Below are positions 57,094-59,170 of a DNA stretch of 59,170 bases, in pieces. Below the pieces are notes generated by a model. It was given only the letters and a program-made list of their open reading frames with translations. It was not told the DNA's origin and did no database searches. The first letter of the stretch is position 1, and every line of letters begins with the position of its first letter. Position numbers and translations under genes: made by a program. The DNA is from Candidatus Campbellbacteria bacterium (GTDB taxonomy: Bacteria; Patescibacteriota; Minisyncoccia; Phycocordibacterales; JAXHMZ01), in NCBI GenBank assembly GCA_034521025.1, contig JAXHMZ010000004.1:107315-166484 (forward strand). Reading direction: 5' to 3'.

Positions 57094-59170
57094 CTACAGC
57101 AAAAGGTTTGCCAGGCGGCACCACTCGCAATCCTTTTTATCACAACCTTTTTGTGTGAATTCCATAGAGAGGATCTCGGAAGAGATCCTCTCTGTATGAT
57201 TTTTTTAGCTCTGCCCTTTGCTTGTTTGCTGATGGGAGATCGTTCGTGTTTTTATATATTTTACCGCTTTTGTTGGGCTTCACAAGATCGGATGATCCCC
57301 TATCTTTCATTTTCTCGCCGTTCATTGCTCTCAGCGAAAGACGAGTAGAATCTGAGCTGACGTTTTGTAGTCACCGTTCAAGTCATTTGAGTCTCTCCTT
57401 CTATATTATTTCTCGACTTGGGTTCGCCGGTTTTGAAGTCTGTTACTATCCAAGCCTTCACTCCCTTCATCTCTATGGATCTTATCTAATTTACCGGAAA
57501 GTAATTGCAATTTTACCATTAGTTGTCTCCAGCGGTTGTTTCATATCTCTTTTCTGTACTCGCTTTCTCGCTGCCATCTTTTTTTCTACCTTCTTCTAGA
57601 ATCCAGGCAGGAGTTCAACTTCCACGTTTGATCAGCTTTTCTTTGTCTAGGGCTTCTAAGTGTGAGCTTTTTATTTCTCTTTCCATTAATGCGAGCACCT
57701 CAGTTATGCTAAGGTCATTTTTCTTCGTTCTTTCATCAAAGAATTCTTGAAGAGTTTTATGTACTGCTGTTCCAAATACAGCGCTCCTATTTGGTGGCTG
57801 TGGAAGTCGCATCAATGTCAAAAAAAAGTACTCCCAGGGACAGGCAAGATATTTGTTGACGGCAGTCGGATTTAAGCCTTGCTTCCAAAAGAGAAATTCC
57901 ACCAGGTCTTTATCCAAAAGCTTTCGTGACGGACTAAATCTTTCCTGATCTATATAAGTGCCAACCTCGGGACCCTTGTTTTCGCTCAGTCCAAGCTCAT
58001 CGAGAAACTGAGAGGGTAAATATTTTCGTCCTTCTGAATTTGATCTTGGATAAGAAGAATGGCCTTTTTTGGTGTGTATAACATAAGAGACGCCTCTCGT
58101 CCTCTTTAATATTTCCTTCCTTGCTAACCTTTAGGGCTTTAATTCGGAAGATAAAAATATTCCGGTTTCCTTTTACTTTCCATTGCTTAATCTCTTTAAC
58201 CGGGAACAACAACGTCGTATTCGAGTCCTTTTTCACTATGCACGGTGGATAGGTTTTTCTTCTGTTCTTTGTGCTGCAGTTGTAACTATTACATATTCGA
58301 TGTGCTTTAGTAATATAGGAAAGGAAGTAATTCAAGTAATAATCTCCTCCCTACTTTCAAGAGTCTTGGCTCTTTCGTATAGTGTTTGCATCTTTTCGAT
58401 AATTACCCTACTTCTTCTTGACTCCAATATACTTTCAAGTAAGCCAGTTTCTTTTAAGGTTTTTTCAAAAGTATCAAAACTATGATTGTGAGAATACTTA
58501 TGGAGTTCAAAGAGTTTTTCAATATTGTAGTCGCTTCAGGTGCTACGGTTTTAGGAATACTGGAAAGTTTTCGAGTGATGCCCCTTGAAATACTGTAGAT
58601 AGCCTGTTTGTCGTCTCCTACTCTGAGAATCTTGGGATTTTCATGAAAACTCGAGATATGATCTAGTATTTTGTTTTGTGCGCGGTTTGAGTCTTGATGC
58701 TCATCAGCAAGTATGTATAAATATCTTTCTTGAAGAGCTGAAAGTAGACCATCTTCACTTTCTAGAGCGTACAGTAACTCAAGAATAGTGTCTGTCAGTA
58801 ATCGAAAAGCTTTTGTTCTTGCTTTATGCGTTCATACTCGCGAAAAACTTGAAGTAATTCAAAGTTCTTCTCTCTGTTCTTCAAGGACTTTGTATTTCCT
58901 TTCATCTCACCTTCATTTTTTCCTTTTGAATGATAAAGACCTTCGAATCAAATCCAAAATCTTTCGACTTGCTCTTTTGTTTCAAGTTTTCAAATTTATC
59001 GAATCATACCCTTCTCTTTTAATGTCTTGTATTACCTGAGATATGCTTTTACAGAGAGAGTTCGTTTCCGAAGGGCTTTAGAAGCTCAAAATTGCCTTCT
59101 GTAGAGATCTTTTCAATTAATTCGAGTCGTTCTAAGAATAAACCTGTCTTGCTCCTATGATAGCGGGAAG
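57094..59170 (-). pseudogene. Heavily degraded mirror copy of the helicase-nuclease 3' portion
   Basis: Many indels versus 40716-43318 plus ~528-bp gap at ~58523. Confidence 0.85.

Larger units (their letters stand above)
50237..59170. repeat. Right arm of the inverted repeat, running to the window end; lacks ~528 bp matching 41360-41887
   Basis: Mirror coordinates sum to ~100410-100437 up to 58520, then ~99886. Confidence 0.97.

Noticed and set aside
1-59170. Alternative genetic code (UGA=Gly, code 25)
   Set aside because: Core genes are full length under code 11 and TGA serves as a stop (e.g. 22230, 47678)

Overview
Chromosomal segment of a small-genome bacterium, most consistent with Patescibacteria/CPR (Parcubacteria-like; inference from trimmed PheRS, short SMC, scarce Shine-Dalgarno motifs, sortase plus CARDB/He_PIG surface proteins; standard code 11). 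Bases 1-40.4 kb are mostly housekeeping genes: dnaK(3'), dnaJ, rpsB-tsf, tRNA-Thr(UGU), pheST, gyrB, thrS, dnaE, rnhB, rpmF, nusB-Nudix, rnc, smc, rnr, rpsP-khpA-trmD, rpoB-rpoC-dnaG-rpoD. From ~40.7 kb the window is one giant imperfect palindrome: 40716-50200 is repeated inverted at 50237-59170, folding back inside an endonuclease III gene. This is most likely a long-read fold-back artefact, so the ten genes in it are probably single-copy. Several frameshifts (HD hydrolase, rnhB, helicase, many left-arm genes) look like sequencing errors. Best biological leads: (i) a family of small non-coding hairpin elements sharing a GCG(A/C)AGC loop, two bracketing tRNA-Thr (duplicating its 5' and 3' ends) and a 159-bp TTATT-flanked element placed directly after intrinsic terminators; (ii) an AT-rich cassette with an acyltransferase, a cryptic class II aldolase-fold metalloprotein and an orphan 7TM histidine kinase; (iii) a sortase next to a substrate with an internal IPYTG signal and long C-terminal tail; (iv) atypical core proteins (hinge-less SMC, NusB-Nudix fusion, RpoB with altered rifampicin pocket, Nth without Fe-S cysteines). 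No CRISPR array, rRNA, integrase or transposase was seen. All assignments are from motif recognition by eye; no database searches were run.
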